Below, piece after piece: positions 41,905 through 56,939 of a stretch of 64,000 nt of DNA. The stretch's first letter is position 1, and every line of letters begins with the position of its first letter. A model generated the notes under the pieces. It was given only the letters and a program-made list of their open reading frames with translations. It was not told the DNA's origin and did no database searches. The translations under genes and the position numbers were made by a program. Source of the stretch: Octopus vulgaris. Its lineage: Eukaryota. The stretch spans positions 49,724,001 through 49,788,000 of the forward strand of contig OX597833.1 of assembly GCA_951406725.2 (NCBI GenBank), written 5' to 3'.

Positions 41905-42440
41905 TAGGGCCCTCCTCAGGAGGAAGCAGTCCAAGAAATGTGTTGTTACATCGATTTCGTTATTTTATTTAAACTGCTCAGTGTTTGGATTAGCAGCAGT
42001 AACCGCATCTCCCCAACTGTTGGCCGCTGTGACTTATTTTCACGTGATGGTACTGGAAGATATTGGTCGTAGTCACCTTGATATTTTCATAGGATACACT
42101 GGCTCATCTCCGATCTACTCTTAATTTTCGGGTTGAAGCGGTTGATTAATATAGCTTCCTTGATACGAAGATTTCCTGTGTTCCTCTCCGAGGCCAGTAT
42201 GGAGGCGTCTGTGTGATGGTATTGCCGTATTTAGTTAGGAGTATGTGGAAGAAAAACGCGACGGTAGTGTGGTGCGACTTCATTCGGACGTGGAGTAGTC
42301 GTACTGTGCTACCGATCTAGTAGTCGTTGCATTTGGACAATCGTATCTGGTATACTATGTACGTAGGCATTTGTTAGCTGTTTCGAATAGGGCAGCTCGC
42401 CTGTGTGCTGTTGTTCTGTGCGTGACCACCTCGTTGATAG
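41905..42440 (-). pseudogene. Penelope-like element 3' remnant: GIY-YIG endonuclease plus decayed hammerhead
   Basis: IVYQIRLSKCNDY*IGSTVRLLHVRMKSH...ILASERNTGNLRIKEAILINRFNPKI is a typical PLE GIY-YIG domain. Downstream lies aca-CTGAGCA-gtt...aac-GAAATCGAT at ~41948-41984. Confidence 0.8.
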
Positions 42441-42762
42441 GTATTGCTGTGTGGTAAGAAGCTTACTTCCCAACCACATGGTTCTGCATTCAGTCCTACT
42501 GCAGGGCATCTACTATAGCAAACCGCCGACCATTGCCTTGTGTATTGATTTGGTAGGCGGAAACTGTAAGAAGCTTGACGTATATATATATATATATATA
42601 TACATATTGTTTTACTCTTTTCTTTCTTTTTACTTTTTTCAGTCATTAGACTCGGGGACTGAGTAGTTGGGCAACAAACTTCTTACTGCCACGCCTATAT
42701 ACGCATACATACAAGCACACCCACTCACCCACACACACATATGTGTATACACACGCACACCC

Positions 42763-42803
<41 letters not shown>

Positions 42804-43658
42804 CGTGGTATGTATATAATAGTTTGGCCATGAAATGTAAATATACATACATCCATCACCCTACCTAACATTTGCTGAACCCATCCATACCGCCACCCAT
42901 CTTGGCAACCGTTCTTTACCATCAGTTCAATACCACAATATTTCACCACCACCACCACCACCACCACCACCACCACCACTTGCGCACCATTATTTTTAGC
43001 TCGCTACCACCTCCCCTCCTTTTCCCATACTTTTATAGACGAACCACCTCCACCTGTCATTTACCTCCTTAATATCTCCTCAACCTTTCTCTTATACCCA
43101 TTGCCCTTGAACTACACTCCCACACCCTTCATCGTTTCTTTGTACTTCTTTGCCATCTGTACTTCCCGTCACCATCACATTCACCTATCCCACGAACACA
43201 CCCTACTCACACCTATCCGCTCTATCAAACTCCATCACTACTCTAGTGCCCCTATCACCACTGCTAACACTTAGTCAACGTTACTGATTTCCCCACACCC
43301 TTCTTCAATATCCACCCATCCACTTTACCTTGGTAATACCATCTCATCTCATTCTCTGTCTCTTTACTCATACACGCTCTTATATGGATTGATGTCTGCT
43401 AAAAGTGCAGCTGTTGCATTTTTTAATATGAGAATATATCACTCTACTTACAGCCATACAACTATAAATACCTATACACCACAACCATATATAGCTGTAC
43501 TTTTGTACTGTAACCAAAACATCTGCACCAACCATTCGCATTTTTATCACCACAACTCATAAATCAGTGACCACAACCTACACACCTGCACCATGCATGC
43601 ATGCATTTCTCCCACAATCCATAGACCCGAAGTTTACAGTTGTAGCATACACTTTTGT

Positions 43659-43910
43659 TATTTGTTCCTTCTTGAACCATGCCTGGCTCATAAGGGCTGG
43701 TTTCCCGGTTTCATTGGTGTATAGGTTCCCCGCCTAGACGAGAAACCGGTCCGTCACAGGTGAGCTGCTAGATGCAGGAGGAAAGAGTGAGAGAAAGTTG
43801 TGGCGAAAGAATCAGCAGAAGTTTCACCATCACCTTCTGCCTGATCCACGTTGTGCTTAGGTGTTTCGCTCATAAACACACACATCACCTAGTCTGAGAT
43901 TCGAACACAC
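43659..43910 (-). mobile_element. SINE family C
   Basis: Aligns with 11804-12112 (gatgcaggaggaaagagtgagagaaa...gtgtttcgctcataaacacacacatc). Confidence 0.85.
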
Positions 43911-44279
43911 ATTACCTAGTCTGAGATTCTAACACACAACAACCTATACATCATGTTTGTCTAGCGCAAACGAAATATGATATACACATCTAAACCACAA
44001 CCAATTTATCCCTACACTAGGTCACTACAGGGTTATTAAATCCCGCTCTTCTTTATTAGAGTTCATACATCTAAAGGAAAGCTCATACACATAGGTTTGT
44101 ATGTACATATTTATGTATGTATGTACACACGTGTCTACGTGCATAGGTACACCATGATCTATACACACGCAGACGAGAGTCGATTCATATGAGAAAGAAA
44201 GTGAACAAAATAATAGGACCACTTGCTTATCAGGAAATTTGTAAGTTCGATTTAAAAGAATTATTTTTTTAAAGTTAAT

Positions 44280-44446
44280 CAAACCAAATGGTCATCATTT
44301 CGGGCCACTCACCCAATGGGTATTTCTGCCAAATATGGTGAAAATCCGTTCAGCCAGCCGTTTTCCAGTAATTCTGTAAACACACAGACAAACGGACAAA
44401 GACGTGTCATTACAATACTCTGCTTTCGCTTACGCGCGCAGGGTAA
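44280..44446. mobile_element. DINE-1/HINE-like (Helentron-associated) end
   Basis: aaatatggtgaaaatccgttcagcc...acagacaaacggac followed by the terminal hairpin atactctgc...gcagggtaa. Confidence 0.4.
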
Positions 44447-44798
44447 CTGCACAATCCTAAGTTTACATCCGCAAAACGTTTTGTATGTGTTTAATATCTA
44501 TATAAACATTTCCTAAATAGGCTGTCAACATATGAGTTTTGGTTTCTTGTCAGATTACACCTTTGTAATGTGTGCTGATGGGACATTCTACTTGAGCTAT
44601 AATCTATAAACTTTTGTGTAACCATCTCTATCATTTTAAGACTACTCCCTTATTTTCAAATTCTTAGAATATATCATTAACAAATACAATTTCGTTATTC
44701 TGTGCCATTCAAATATGTCCACTATTTGTTAATTTTATACCAACATTCGTGATCCATATTTCATAATTGTTCCATAATTTACGACGATTTTCAATCTT

Positions 44799-44877
<79 letters not shown>

Positions 44878-45563
44878 GTCTGTCTATCTCTCTCCCTCTC
44901 TCTCTCCCTCTCTCTCTCCCTCTCTTGCTCTCTCTCTCTCTCTCTCTCTCTCTTGCTCTATCTATCTATATTTAAATTTACTGGAGCACTGACAGGGTAT
45001 TTTATTTCGATCAAAATAAAGAGCATTGAGTATATTAAGTACAGCAGAAACATATTTTATAACACACATACACACACACAAATATTCAAAAACACACACA
45101 CATACACTCATACATATGTATGTGTGCGTGCGTGTATGTGCGTTTTCATGTGTGTGTGTGTTTTAACTGGCCCACCGACAGAGAGTTTATGAATTTATAA
45201 TTGTAACCAAGGTTGATGTCTAATTGTGTATGAAACATATGTTCAACCCGTAAGTGAAAGTAGAGTCCCGTGGTTTAACGAAAGGACTCTATCATCAACC
45301 AGAGACTATGTTGTACTGTAATGTAAATAAGGTCGTGTCTATCTTGATCGTGTTTATAATGTCTCTATGAGGCGACAATTTTTCTCTCATTTACCAGGAG
45401 TAAATAAGCGAATTCTGTCGATGGATTCTACATAAGCCGAAACTAATTGATATTTGATTCGTTCTTGCTGTACGGTTGCTGAAATTTCAGGTCGGCTATT
45501 TAATCGTGGAGCCTATTTTCACGCCGAAAGTAAAATATACGAGGGAAACTTTATAAAATATAT

Positions 45564-45968
45564 GTGGGTGGTAAGTGGCTTGCTTACCTACCACATGGCT
45601 CCGGGATCAGTCCCACTGCGTGGCATCTTGGGCAAGTGTCTTCTGCTATAGCCCCGGGCCGACCAATGCCTTGTGAGTGGATTTGGTAGACGGAAACTGA
45701 AAGAAGCCTGTCTTATATATGTATGTATATATATATATATATGTGTGTGTGTTTTTGTGTGTCTGTGCTTGTCCCCCTAGCATTGCTTGACAACCGATGC
45801 TGGTGTGTTTGCGTCCCCGTCACTTAGCGGTTCGGCAAAAGAGACCGATAGAATAAGCACTGGGCTTACAAAGAATATGTTCTGGGGTCGAGTTGCTCGA
45901 TTAAAGGCGGTGCTCCAGCATGGCCGCAGTCAAATGACTGAAACAAGTAAAAGAGGGTAAAAGAGAGT
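45564..45968 (+). mobile_element. SINE family A (extra tail fragment at 46176-46275)
   Basis: Body and tail match the family. Confidence 0.9.
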
Positions 45969-46338
45969 ATGAATGCATGAATATATGAATGTATGCATGC
46001 AAGTATGTGTGTGTTTATGTGTGTATGTATGTATGCATGTTTGAATGTATGTATCTATCAATATCTACCTACTACCTGCTTGCCTACCTACTTTCCTACC
46101 TACCTACCTACCTACCTACCTACCCACCTACCTACCGACCGACCGACCTACCGACGTATCTACCTACCTATATATAAGTACTAGGCTTCCAAAGAATAAG
46201 TCCTGGGGTTGATTTGCTCGAATAAAGGCGGTGCTCCAGCATGGCCACAGTCAAATGACTGAAACAAGTAAAAGAATTTAAAAAAATAGCGCTGATTGGT
46301 TGAGCTGTATAAAGTGGATAACTATGCCATTTACTCCT

Positions 46339-48161
<1,823 letters not shown>

Positions 48162-48196
48162 TTATTATTATTATTTTTATTATTATTATTATTATA

Positions 48197-48275
<79 letters not shown>

Positions 48276-49484
48276 TATATATATATACATACATATTTAT
48301 GTGTATGTATGTACATATATATGTGTATATATATGTATATGTGTGTGTGTGAGTGTGTATGTATACATTCTTACATAAGTGTAAATGTATGTATGTTAAG
48401 AAGTGTAAGTTTAAAAGCATAAATGATTAAGCATCCTTTATGGAACCTTGAACGTTTCGTCAAATCATTCGACTCCAGAAAACTGAATATAATATTCTAA
48501 CAGATGGCAGTTGACGAAGTGTCAGAATCTTCTGTATACTAGATTAAGCAGAAGTCAAAACGTATTTGACTTAGATGTAATTGTTCTATACGCTAGTGTT
48601 ACTATCAGGCACCGACAGGCACTACGGAGCTGTTTTTGTATAGGGTATGTGTGGAAGGTTTAATAAAATTCATGTTAGCATGTTAGCATGAGATAAAATT
48701 GGACAAAGCATTTTCTAACGTGAACAATTTTAAATTTAAGTGTTTAAATGTATATTGATGTAAAAAAAATAGGAAGCGGAAACTGAAGTAAAGTAAATAA
48801 TGTATAGTATAATAAAGAGAACGCCTTATTAATTAGCAGTGAAAATATGTGTTTTACTAAAAGAAGCCAATTATTAAGTCTATATTATATAGAAAATTCT
48901 TATAAATGTCAATTTTGGTAGTTTTATAAAAATGTGGATTTCACGCATGTATTATTGGAGATTTCAACAAGCTTTATTTTTATTCACTGGGAGAAATTGT
49001 TTAACACCATAGATTTTTATCCCTTTTCTTCCACTGTTTCCTTGCAACGCTTTTTTTCTTTCAATCTCATTGTTCATCACTGCTACTTCTTTTTATATTC
49101 TTGTAACATCTTTCAGTCACTCTTATCGTCATCCTTTTCTCCCGTGCCTTTTCTCATTCGGCTTTTGCCTCTTCTCTCACAAACTTTATATCACTTCACG
49201 GGTAGTTTCATTTAATACATTTCGTCTTTTTCTTGAACACTCTGTTCTTTTACTGTCCTTACAATATTCTCTCACACACACTCTCCCTCTCTCTTTTTCC
49301 CTTCCTCTCCCTCTTTCTCTCACACTCTGTTGCTTTCTACCGCCTTTATTCAATTGTTTTTATTAAAAGTAATTGATTACAAAGTTTTTCTTTGAGATAC
49401 TTTGAAAATATTTGTAAAAATTACACTACATCTGTTTATCGTATCAGAATTACTTAGGTATTTTCATTTCAAGTTTAATATATA

Positions 49485-49872
49485 CTAACAGTATCGCCCG
49501 GCGTTGCTCGGGTTTGTTTCGACCCTTTAGAATTGGAATTTTTGAAAAGTAAAAATTTTGCATTAAGTAGCTTGTTATTCTCTTTAAGTGATCATTTTTC
49601 TAGTTGAAATACACCGAAAAATGGCGATACAGAAGTGGAAAAATCGTTAAAAATAGGGATTCACATAGAAAAAAAAGCACCTTTTTGATATAAATAATTT
49701 TTGGTGTTAACATGGTCCGATTTGAATTTTTTCTTCTACGGAAGGAAGAGTAAGCCTTCTATCATACTTTCAGTTTTGGTCAACTTGCGCCGCATGTTCT
49801 CGGAGGAGATAATGTTAGTTGGAGGCTACCAAACTTGCCATACACAGACAACTTCAGCTTTATATAGAGAGA
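49485..49872 (-). mobile_element. Non-autonomous Helitron
   Basis: Minus-strand 3' end aaacccgagcaacgccgggcgatactgTTAG|t is nearly identical to that of 10070-10467; 5' tctatataaag. Confidence 0.75.
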
Positions 49873-50511
49873 GACTGGCGGATATGCGCATCACAGCAGT
49901 TTCATTCTAGCAAGCATTACATACTTACAAAAAAGCGCCCGGAGAGCGGTGTTTCAACTTGTATGATAAAATAAATAAAATAAAAACCAATACATGATTT
50001 TTCTTTTTCTCGAACGTAACCGGTATTATATCGTGACTTGGAAATTGGAAAGACTTTGATTAAAATTTGTAACGTATTCTAAGTAACGTATCAATTATAG
50101 AATGTCTCAAAGACAGAATAACTTTATTATTCAACTTAATTTATCATCCAATCAGTGAGATTCTACGGAAACTCATAGCGTATTCTCATTACAGGAAGCA
50201 GCAACGACAATCAAATTTATTTTGTCTGTCCGCTCTTTGTGATGTGAAAGTATAGTTAGTGAATTTAATCTGTTTTGTGTCAATCTTGACTAAAGACATG
50301 TCTTTATTCGTTTTGCTGGTGGAAATGATCATTCGGCTGTAGCAGATGCTGTAGTATTTGCCAGTGAAATTTGGCAAATTGCACAAATCTCTGATGTTAG
50401 TTGTTTGCAGTCGGCTATAATTTTTTTCGTTTGGTTTGTCTTCTATGTGAACCAAACAATAACAGAAGTCTCTCAGAAAATTCAAATACTGAAAGTCAAG
50501 TTAAAACTTAA

Positions 50512-50883
50512 TCTATAATATAAATTCTTGTCTTGAGGTTCTTGTCTTGAGGTTCACAGCCAAATGGCTGGGTGGATTCACATGAAAAATGGCACACATG
50601 TGGAGACGGGTGGATAGATTGGAATGCAGTTTGTATTTTTTTCCTAAACCCGAGAAAATCGATTAAAACTTTTCCTAATGGAATTTCCCTCTTTCTTCTG
50701 CCATTAAAACAACCAGTTGCTTAGAGGTGGGGTCAGGAAATTTTCATATGGCTGGAGGCTCCAATCGAAACAGGGGACCCGAAATGATAAGGTTGACAAA
50801 CGCTATTATAGATTATGCCTAACCAAAAACGATCACAGCCACATCATCCAAACAGACTGGGTGAAACCGGGCTTAGCTGCTAG
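50512..50883 (+). mobile_element. Non-autonomous Helitron (second family)
   Basis: a|TCtataatataaa start; ctgggtgaaaccggg decayed hairpin followed by gCTAG|t. Confidence 0.65.
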
Positions 50884-50939
50884 TATCAATATAATCACCA
50901 TGTTTCTGATAATGTGTTGTCTTTGTTGTTCTCCTTTAG

Positions 50940-51900
50940 AAGCTAATGCTTCCATACTTAAATATACCTGAAATTCGCTTTGTCACTGCATTTAATTATT
51001 ATATCCACAGCTTCAAACTGCACACGTCTGTAAGGGACTCGGGATACTGACGGAAAATTGTTCCTTCCAAATTTATATTTCGATTTTTCTAAGGGTTGTT
51101 TTAGTAGGTCGTAATTCAGGCTTTGGGGCATAATGGAATCTTGATTTTTGCAGAATAATCATTATAAATGTTATCATATGAAACTTCACTCCTAATATCT
51201 TTGAAAACTTTTTTTGTAATTCCATCAATTTCCTGGTCAACCGTTGATACCATTTTAACTGCTTGCAGTGAGGTTGAAAATTTATCTGTATACGAATGCA
51301 AAAGCTGACTAAGATTTAGATCAAAGAATAAATTAAACACATCCATTTGAATATAACACGGTCCAAAAAATCACTACTGTATTCTTCGCCAATACTTACA
51401 CAGGATTGAATAATTATGAAAAACTTCCTTGAAAGCAGGTAGCAAATCTGTTTCGTTGCACGCAATGGTACGACACCCCAGAGCATGAATTTACATTCTG
51501 AGACTTCCATGTTTGTATTTCAACACACCGAACAAATTCAAGCCCCTATGTTAAATCTTAATTATAATAATCCGTTTCTCATCGCATCATATCGTAATCA
51601 TATAGTGTTTCTTCCATGCTCTTACTTAAAAATTTTCTTTGCCGATGTATTGTTAAGGTCTCCAATTAAAATTCTTCGAAATATTTGGCCGTTCCAAAAT
51701 CTTTGGAAACATTTTTCTTTGTAGTGAAGGAATACAATTGTAAAATTGCATAAATATTGTCATATTTCTGAGGGCATTTTAAACTGAAAATATCGTTCAA
51801 GGTTTTTATACCTGGCAAGCATTTATTTTTCATTGATTGCCAAGCGTTTGTCAACCCCACAAAAATATAAAACCTAGGTTGGTTTTTTGTTGAATGCACT
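50940..51900 (-). pseudogene. Highly decayed hAT (ZMYM1/Tip100-like) transposase
   Basis: Fragments FNLFFDLNLSQLLHSYTDKFSTSLQ...KDIRSEVSY and YRRVQFEAVDIII resemble hAT dimerisation-proximal motifs; many stops and frameshifts. Confidence 0.5.
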
Positions 51901-52911
51901 GGTATATTAGTCAGTAATAATTGAAAAAAGCTTTAACAAATTCATCAGATAATGTCGCTCTCTCTCTCTCCAATATCGACCCCTTTCTGACTCACAATAT
52001 GAACAACATGACTCACAGTATGTAAAACTCATTTTACATATTGTCAGTCATGTACCTGTAGCAGTATTGTTAACCCTATCAGTGGGCCGGAATAATTCCC
52101 CTCATAGTCCTATTATTAAACGTAAGTAAAATGTTTATTCAAATTTCTTTCGTGTCAACAGAGGATGCGCTGACACTCAAAATGTTCGTAGCGCATTTAC
52201 GATTAGTAAGTATGTTTTATTTCGGTTTTTCATTCAATGCTATTATGCTTAGAGTTTAGTAGTAGTACGTTGGTTCTACGTCAATATTTCTTAAAGCATT
52301 AGTGAGCTTTTTTTTCCAATTATAAAACTCTTCCGTTAGAAACTCATTTTCTTTTCCTCTAGCATGTTTTAAATTTCTTTAACCTTTTACGCAGACAAAC
52401 AAAAGCAAACAGCATGATCATCAGTTTTGGTCTTAATGAGTTGAGTCAAAAGCAATGAAAGAAATTGATTGAAAAGAATGTTTCTAGTTCCAATATGAGC
52501 TCTTGGGAAAATATAAATTCATTTGTTGATAATTATGACTAATAAAAAAAAAAAGCCAAATGGCTTGGTTAGTTGATTGCGCTAATGTTAACTGAGACAA
52601 CGAAGCTGCAATTACTGCAACAGAAATGAATTTACTAGAAGTCTCCTGTCGTACTTGCAATAATATAGTACCATACGTTTTAGCAGTCGACGACCAGAAA
52701 TTATTAGCATATATCGGTCTTTATGGTTTGTTGATGTTGATCACACCTGAAGTTGTTAATTAATTATATCAGACACGGATTTTGAAACAAAACCGTGCAT
52801 CTTCCCTGCGGGCAATCAACATTTTTGGCAATTATATTGAGCTGAAAATTAAATGATTTAACTCTCTTAAACCTATAGTAATACACACATTCTCACACAC
52901 TCATGCATGTA

Positions 52912-53323
52912 TACTCTTTACTCTTTTACTTGTTTCAGTCATTTGAGTGTGGCCATGCTGGAGCACCGCCTTTAGTCGAAGAAATCGACCCCGGGACTTA
53001 TTCTTTGTAAGCCCAGTACTTATTCTATCGGTCTCTTTTGCCGAACCGCTAAGTGACGGGGACGTAAACACACCAGCATCGGTTGTCAAGCAATGCTAGG
53101 GGGACAAACACAGACACACAAACATATACACACACACTTATATATATATACACATATATACGACAGGCTTTTTTCAGTTTCCGTCTACCAAATCCATTCA
53201 CAAGGCATTGGTCGGCCCGGGGCTATAGCAGAAGACACTTGCCCAAGATGCCACGCAGTGGGACTGAACCCGGAACGATGTGGTTGGTTCGCAAGCTACT
53301 TACCACACAGCCACTCCTGCGCC
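52912..53323 (-). mobile_element. SINE family A
   Basis: Full reverse-strand copy. Confidence 0.92.
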
Positions 53324-53444
53324 TATGTGTACGAATTTTTAAATAAATTGCCCTTTAGAACATAGAAAAACGTATTATTTTGCTGGGTGCTGCATATATC
53401 CTCTTGAAATTTAGTTAAGTGAATAATCAACACAATATATATTG

Positions 53445-53652
53445 CAGTAATCCCTCGACTATCGCAGGTGTTACTTCCCAAAACCTCTTACAGAAGTTAA
53501 TTAAAATCTAAACAAAATCTAAATACCTATCGGCCGCAGAAACCCGCGATATACTGAGGAGATCGCGATAGAAATTTACATATAAGAGCCAGAAAAATTC
53601 GCGATGCACTGAGTACGCGATAGGTGAAGCGCAATATGGCGAGGAATTACTG
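53445..53652. mobile_element. Tigger/pogo-like MITE
   Basis: TIRs cagtaatccctcg / cgaggaattactg; TA on the right side, TG on the left. Confidence 0.75.
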
Positions 53653-53830
53653 TACATCAATTGTTATAATTTGCAAAAAAAAAAAAAATGAATCACAAAA
53701 AGACACGTATCTAATCAACTTTCTATTAAGAATTGAATTTTTAAGGTTCTACTTAAAATCGCGGGGATGAGTATCAACGGTAATTTATAGTGTGCCAATT
53801 GCAAAACTCATACCCGTATATACTCATATA

Positions 53831-53992
53831 GGCGCAGGAGTGGCTGTGTGGTGAGTAGCTTGCTTACGAACCACATGGTTCCGGGTTCCGTCCCACTGCG
53901 TGGCACCTTCGGCTAGTGTCTTCTGCTATAGTCGCGGGTCGACCAAAGCCTTGTGAGTGGACTTGGTAGACGGAAACTGAAAGAAGCCCGTC

Positions 53993-54048
<56 letters not shown>

Positions 54049-54274
54049 ATAAGTTTGTGTGTCTGTGTTTGTCACCCCCAACATCGCTTGACAACCGATG
54101 CTGGTATGTTTACGACCCCGTAACTTAGCGGTTCGGCAAAAAAGACCGACAGAATAAGTACTAGGCTTGCAAAGAATAAGTCCTGCGGTCGATTTGCTCG
54201 ACTAAAAGCGGTGCTCCAGCATGGCCGCAGTCAAATGACTGAAACCAGTAAAAGAGTAAAAACAGTAAAAGAGT
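53831..54274 (+). mobile_element. SINE family A
   Basis: Full forward copy. Confidence 0.92.
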
Positions 54275-54489
54275 ATTTAAAAACGTTGACGTGGATAGGC
54301 TTCCATAAAGAAAATTAGGAAGAACTAGTGTTAACTTCACACAATCATAAAACCTAACTTGACTAATTTAACAATAAAAAGTAAAAATCTTTAATATTTT
54401 CATTCTTTTACTTTTATTCTTTAACTTGATTCAGTCATTAGACTGCGGCCATGCTGGGGCATCACCTTGAGAATTTTAGTTTTATCTCG

Positions 54490-54789
54490 AAAGAGCTGTT
54501 CTTCACTCCTGCTCCAGAGCGTCGGCTGCGGGGTCATTCCGAAAAGCTCTATCTGCGACGATTTCATCTCAATCGAAGGAGAGGGGCTTTCTCCGTCCGG
54601 GTTGCGGATCCGTGGAATAAGCTGCCGGACGAGATAGTGAAGATACCGACGACCGCTCGGTTCAAAGTCTCCCTTGACCACAAGTGGCCTGAACTCTTTA
54701 CATGAACACCACCCTGTACATAACTCCATGTCCCCCTACATGGCCTTGCTTTTTGTTTTTGAGCCAAAAAATTAACTAACTAACTAACT
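54490..54789 (+). mobile_element. CR1-type LINE 3' end
   Basis: LRGHSEKLYLRRFHLNRRRGAFSVRVADPWNKLPDEIV...FKVSLD matches the CR1 motif RGH..K..R..FFS.RV...WN.LP; tail (aact)n. Confidence 0.85.
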
Positions 54790-55000
54790 TGTATGTAAGC
54801 ATATAAGCATGTAAGTGTATATATATCTCTCTGGATTTCAACTTACGAAGAAATACATAATACATGTCCACAAACACAGATATATGCATACGTACGCATA
54901 TACAAATTCTAAAACTGAATTCTCATATATTTAGAAATACGTATGTGCATGTAGTAAAATATGTGTGTCTCTATGCGCGCCTGTGTATAATGCGTGTGCG

Positions 55001-55063
<63 letters not shown>

Positions 55064-55104
55064 GTGCGTGTGTGTGTGTGTGTGTGTGGTTTGGATAAAG
55101 TCGT

Positions 55105-55420
55105 TTTGCTAATGACCCTTGCAAGCCCTCCGAGACTGATGGGATCGATATGAAGGATAAACTTCTTAAACAACTGCAATTCAACTGCAGAAATACCAAA
55201 ATGCGGGCAAGGAAGGAATTCAAAGGAATTGGCGAAAGGAATGAGTGGTTACTGAGAGGCCTAGGAATAACACTTCGCCTCGATGAACAACGAAGGAGCG
55301 GCCGGACAAAAGGCAGGTCTTTGAATGGAAATGGCATGAGGTAAGTTTGGTATGTGAAGTAGATGCCACTGAATATGGCGTGTGGAATGTCCGTGAGCGC
55401 AGCAGCCCTGTCTTAGATGT
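55105..55420 (-). mobile_element. Decayed LINE 3' end (Jockey/L2/Crack-like)
   Basis: NSFEFLPCPHF..ELQLFKKFILHID resembles WNSLP...NLQxFK termini. Confidence 0.4.
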
Positions 55421-55471
55421 GTGTGAAGTAATTCATTGTGGAACTTATTTCACGTTTGTACGTATCTCTGT

Positions 55472-55903
55472 TACTCATTTACTTGTTTCTGTCATTTGAC
55501 TGCGGCCATGCTGGAGCACCGCCTTTAGTCGAGCAAATCGACCCCAGGACTTATTCTTTGTAAGCCTAGTACTTGTTCTATCGGTCTCGTTTGCCGAACC
55601 GCTAAGTTACGGGGTCATAGACACACCAGCATCGGCTGCCAAGCGATGTTGGTGGGGTACAAACACAGACACACACACACACACGCACATATATAAATAT
55701 ACATATACATATATACATATATACGACGGGCTTCTTTCAGTTTCCGTCTACCAAATCAGTTTCCGTCTAACAAATTCACTCACACGGCTTTGGTCGACCT
55801 GAGGCTATAGTAGAAGACACTTGTCCAAGGTGCCACGCAGTGGGACTGAACCCGGAACCATGTGGTTTGTAAGAAAGCTACTTACCACACAGCTACTCCT
55901 GCG
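55472..55903 (-). mobile_element. SINE family A
   Basis: Full reverse copy with a small internal duplication at ~55737-55776. Confidence 0.9.
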
Positions 55904-56293
55904 TATATATAATATTTTATTTGAAGTAAATTCATTTTGCACACTTCCAGTTTCACACCACTGCAATCATCAAGTAATCTTTTTTACTTTTTATATTTTT
56001 AATAGTTCGAGCTTGATTTTATATACATTAGAATGGACTCAATGGTTATTATATTAGAACAGTCCCCATCGCTAGAGCTGTTCACTTATTTCACGTTTGT
56101 ACGTAGATATAATGTTTTATTTGAAGTAAATTCATTTTGCACACTTCCAGTTTCATGCCACTGCAATCAACAGGTGATCTTTTTTACTTTTTATATTTTT
56201 GATAGTTCGAGCTTGATTTTATATACATTAGAATACCTTCAATATCTTCTAATGGTTGTTATATTAAGACCGTCCCCATCGCTAGAGCTGTTC
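55904..56293 (+). repeat. ~190-bp tandem duplication
   Basis: ttttatttgaagtaaattcattttgcacacttccag...ccccatcgctagagctgttc occurs twice. Confidence 0.9.
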
Positions 56294-56450
56294 GCTTGTC
56301 AATTTATCAGTTGCTCTGTATTCATTAGTCGGCATCGTCATTACATCCGAGTTATTATTGTAAATTTATATCCTTTTTCATGATACCATCGGCCGCCTGA
56401 CTCTACGGGTCCGTTTGTTAACATATCCTTATTTGTTAAAATCCATTGTA

Positions 56451-56858
56451 TGTTATATCTCTTGGGTTCACCAATTCAGTGTGTGACCTGTCCTCGCTTG
56501 TTGATTTTGCAATTATCATGAGTTTTGCTAAAATTGCATATTTGTTTATCGCTTTCGTGGGCAGATTAATTGGCATTGTTTGTTTCAATCTATCGTTTAT
56601 GTCATCGTGTCCTGCAATTGTATATGCTTTCGTCTTCCTTTCATCCGTTCTGTGACCGTTCCTTCTCAGCCTGCTAGTAGCACTTCGAATAGTTTCTAAA
56701 AGCGAATATCTTCGAATGGTTTCAATAACCGAATACGTCTTCAATGTGAAATTATCCTTTCTCTTTCATTCAGCAATCATAGTTATCGCACAATTGCATT
56801 CCAATACAATGGAAATATTATTAAGTAATGTCACTCTCTAACATCCCCTCCCTTTTCC
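56451..56858 (-). mobile_element. Possible LTR preceded by a polypurine tract
   Basis: Minus strand ggaaaagggagggga|TGTTAGAGAG at 56843. Candidate far ends tgtta (plus strand) at 56416, 56434 and 56451. No partner LTR in the window. Confidence 0.35.
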
Positions 56859-56921
56859 TTAAATCCTTAAATCCTTAAAAATGTTTTAGCCCGAAGGCCG
56901 CGGCCATGCTGGGGCACCACC
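56856..56921 (-). mobile_element. Retroposon 3' tail homologous to the SINE-A tail
   Basis: ggtggtgccccagcatggccgcggccttcgggctaaaacatt(tttaagga)3 versus SINE-A ggcggtgctccagcatggccgcagtcaaatgactgaaacaa(gtaaaaga)n. Confidence 0.75.
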
Positions 56922-56939
56922 GCTGAAGAGATAAACAAA

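Noticed and set aside
52070-52090. piggyBac-like TTAA-CCCT end
   Set aside because: No matching opposite terminus found.
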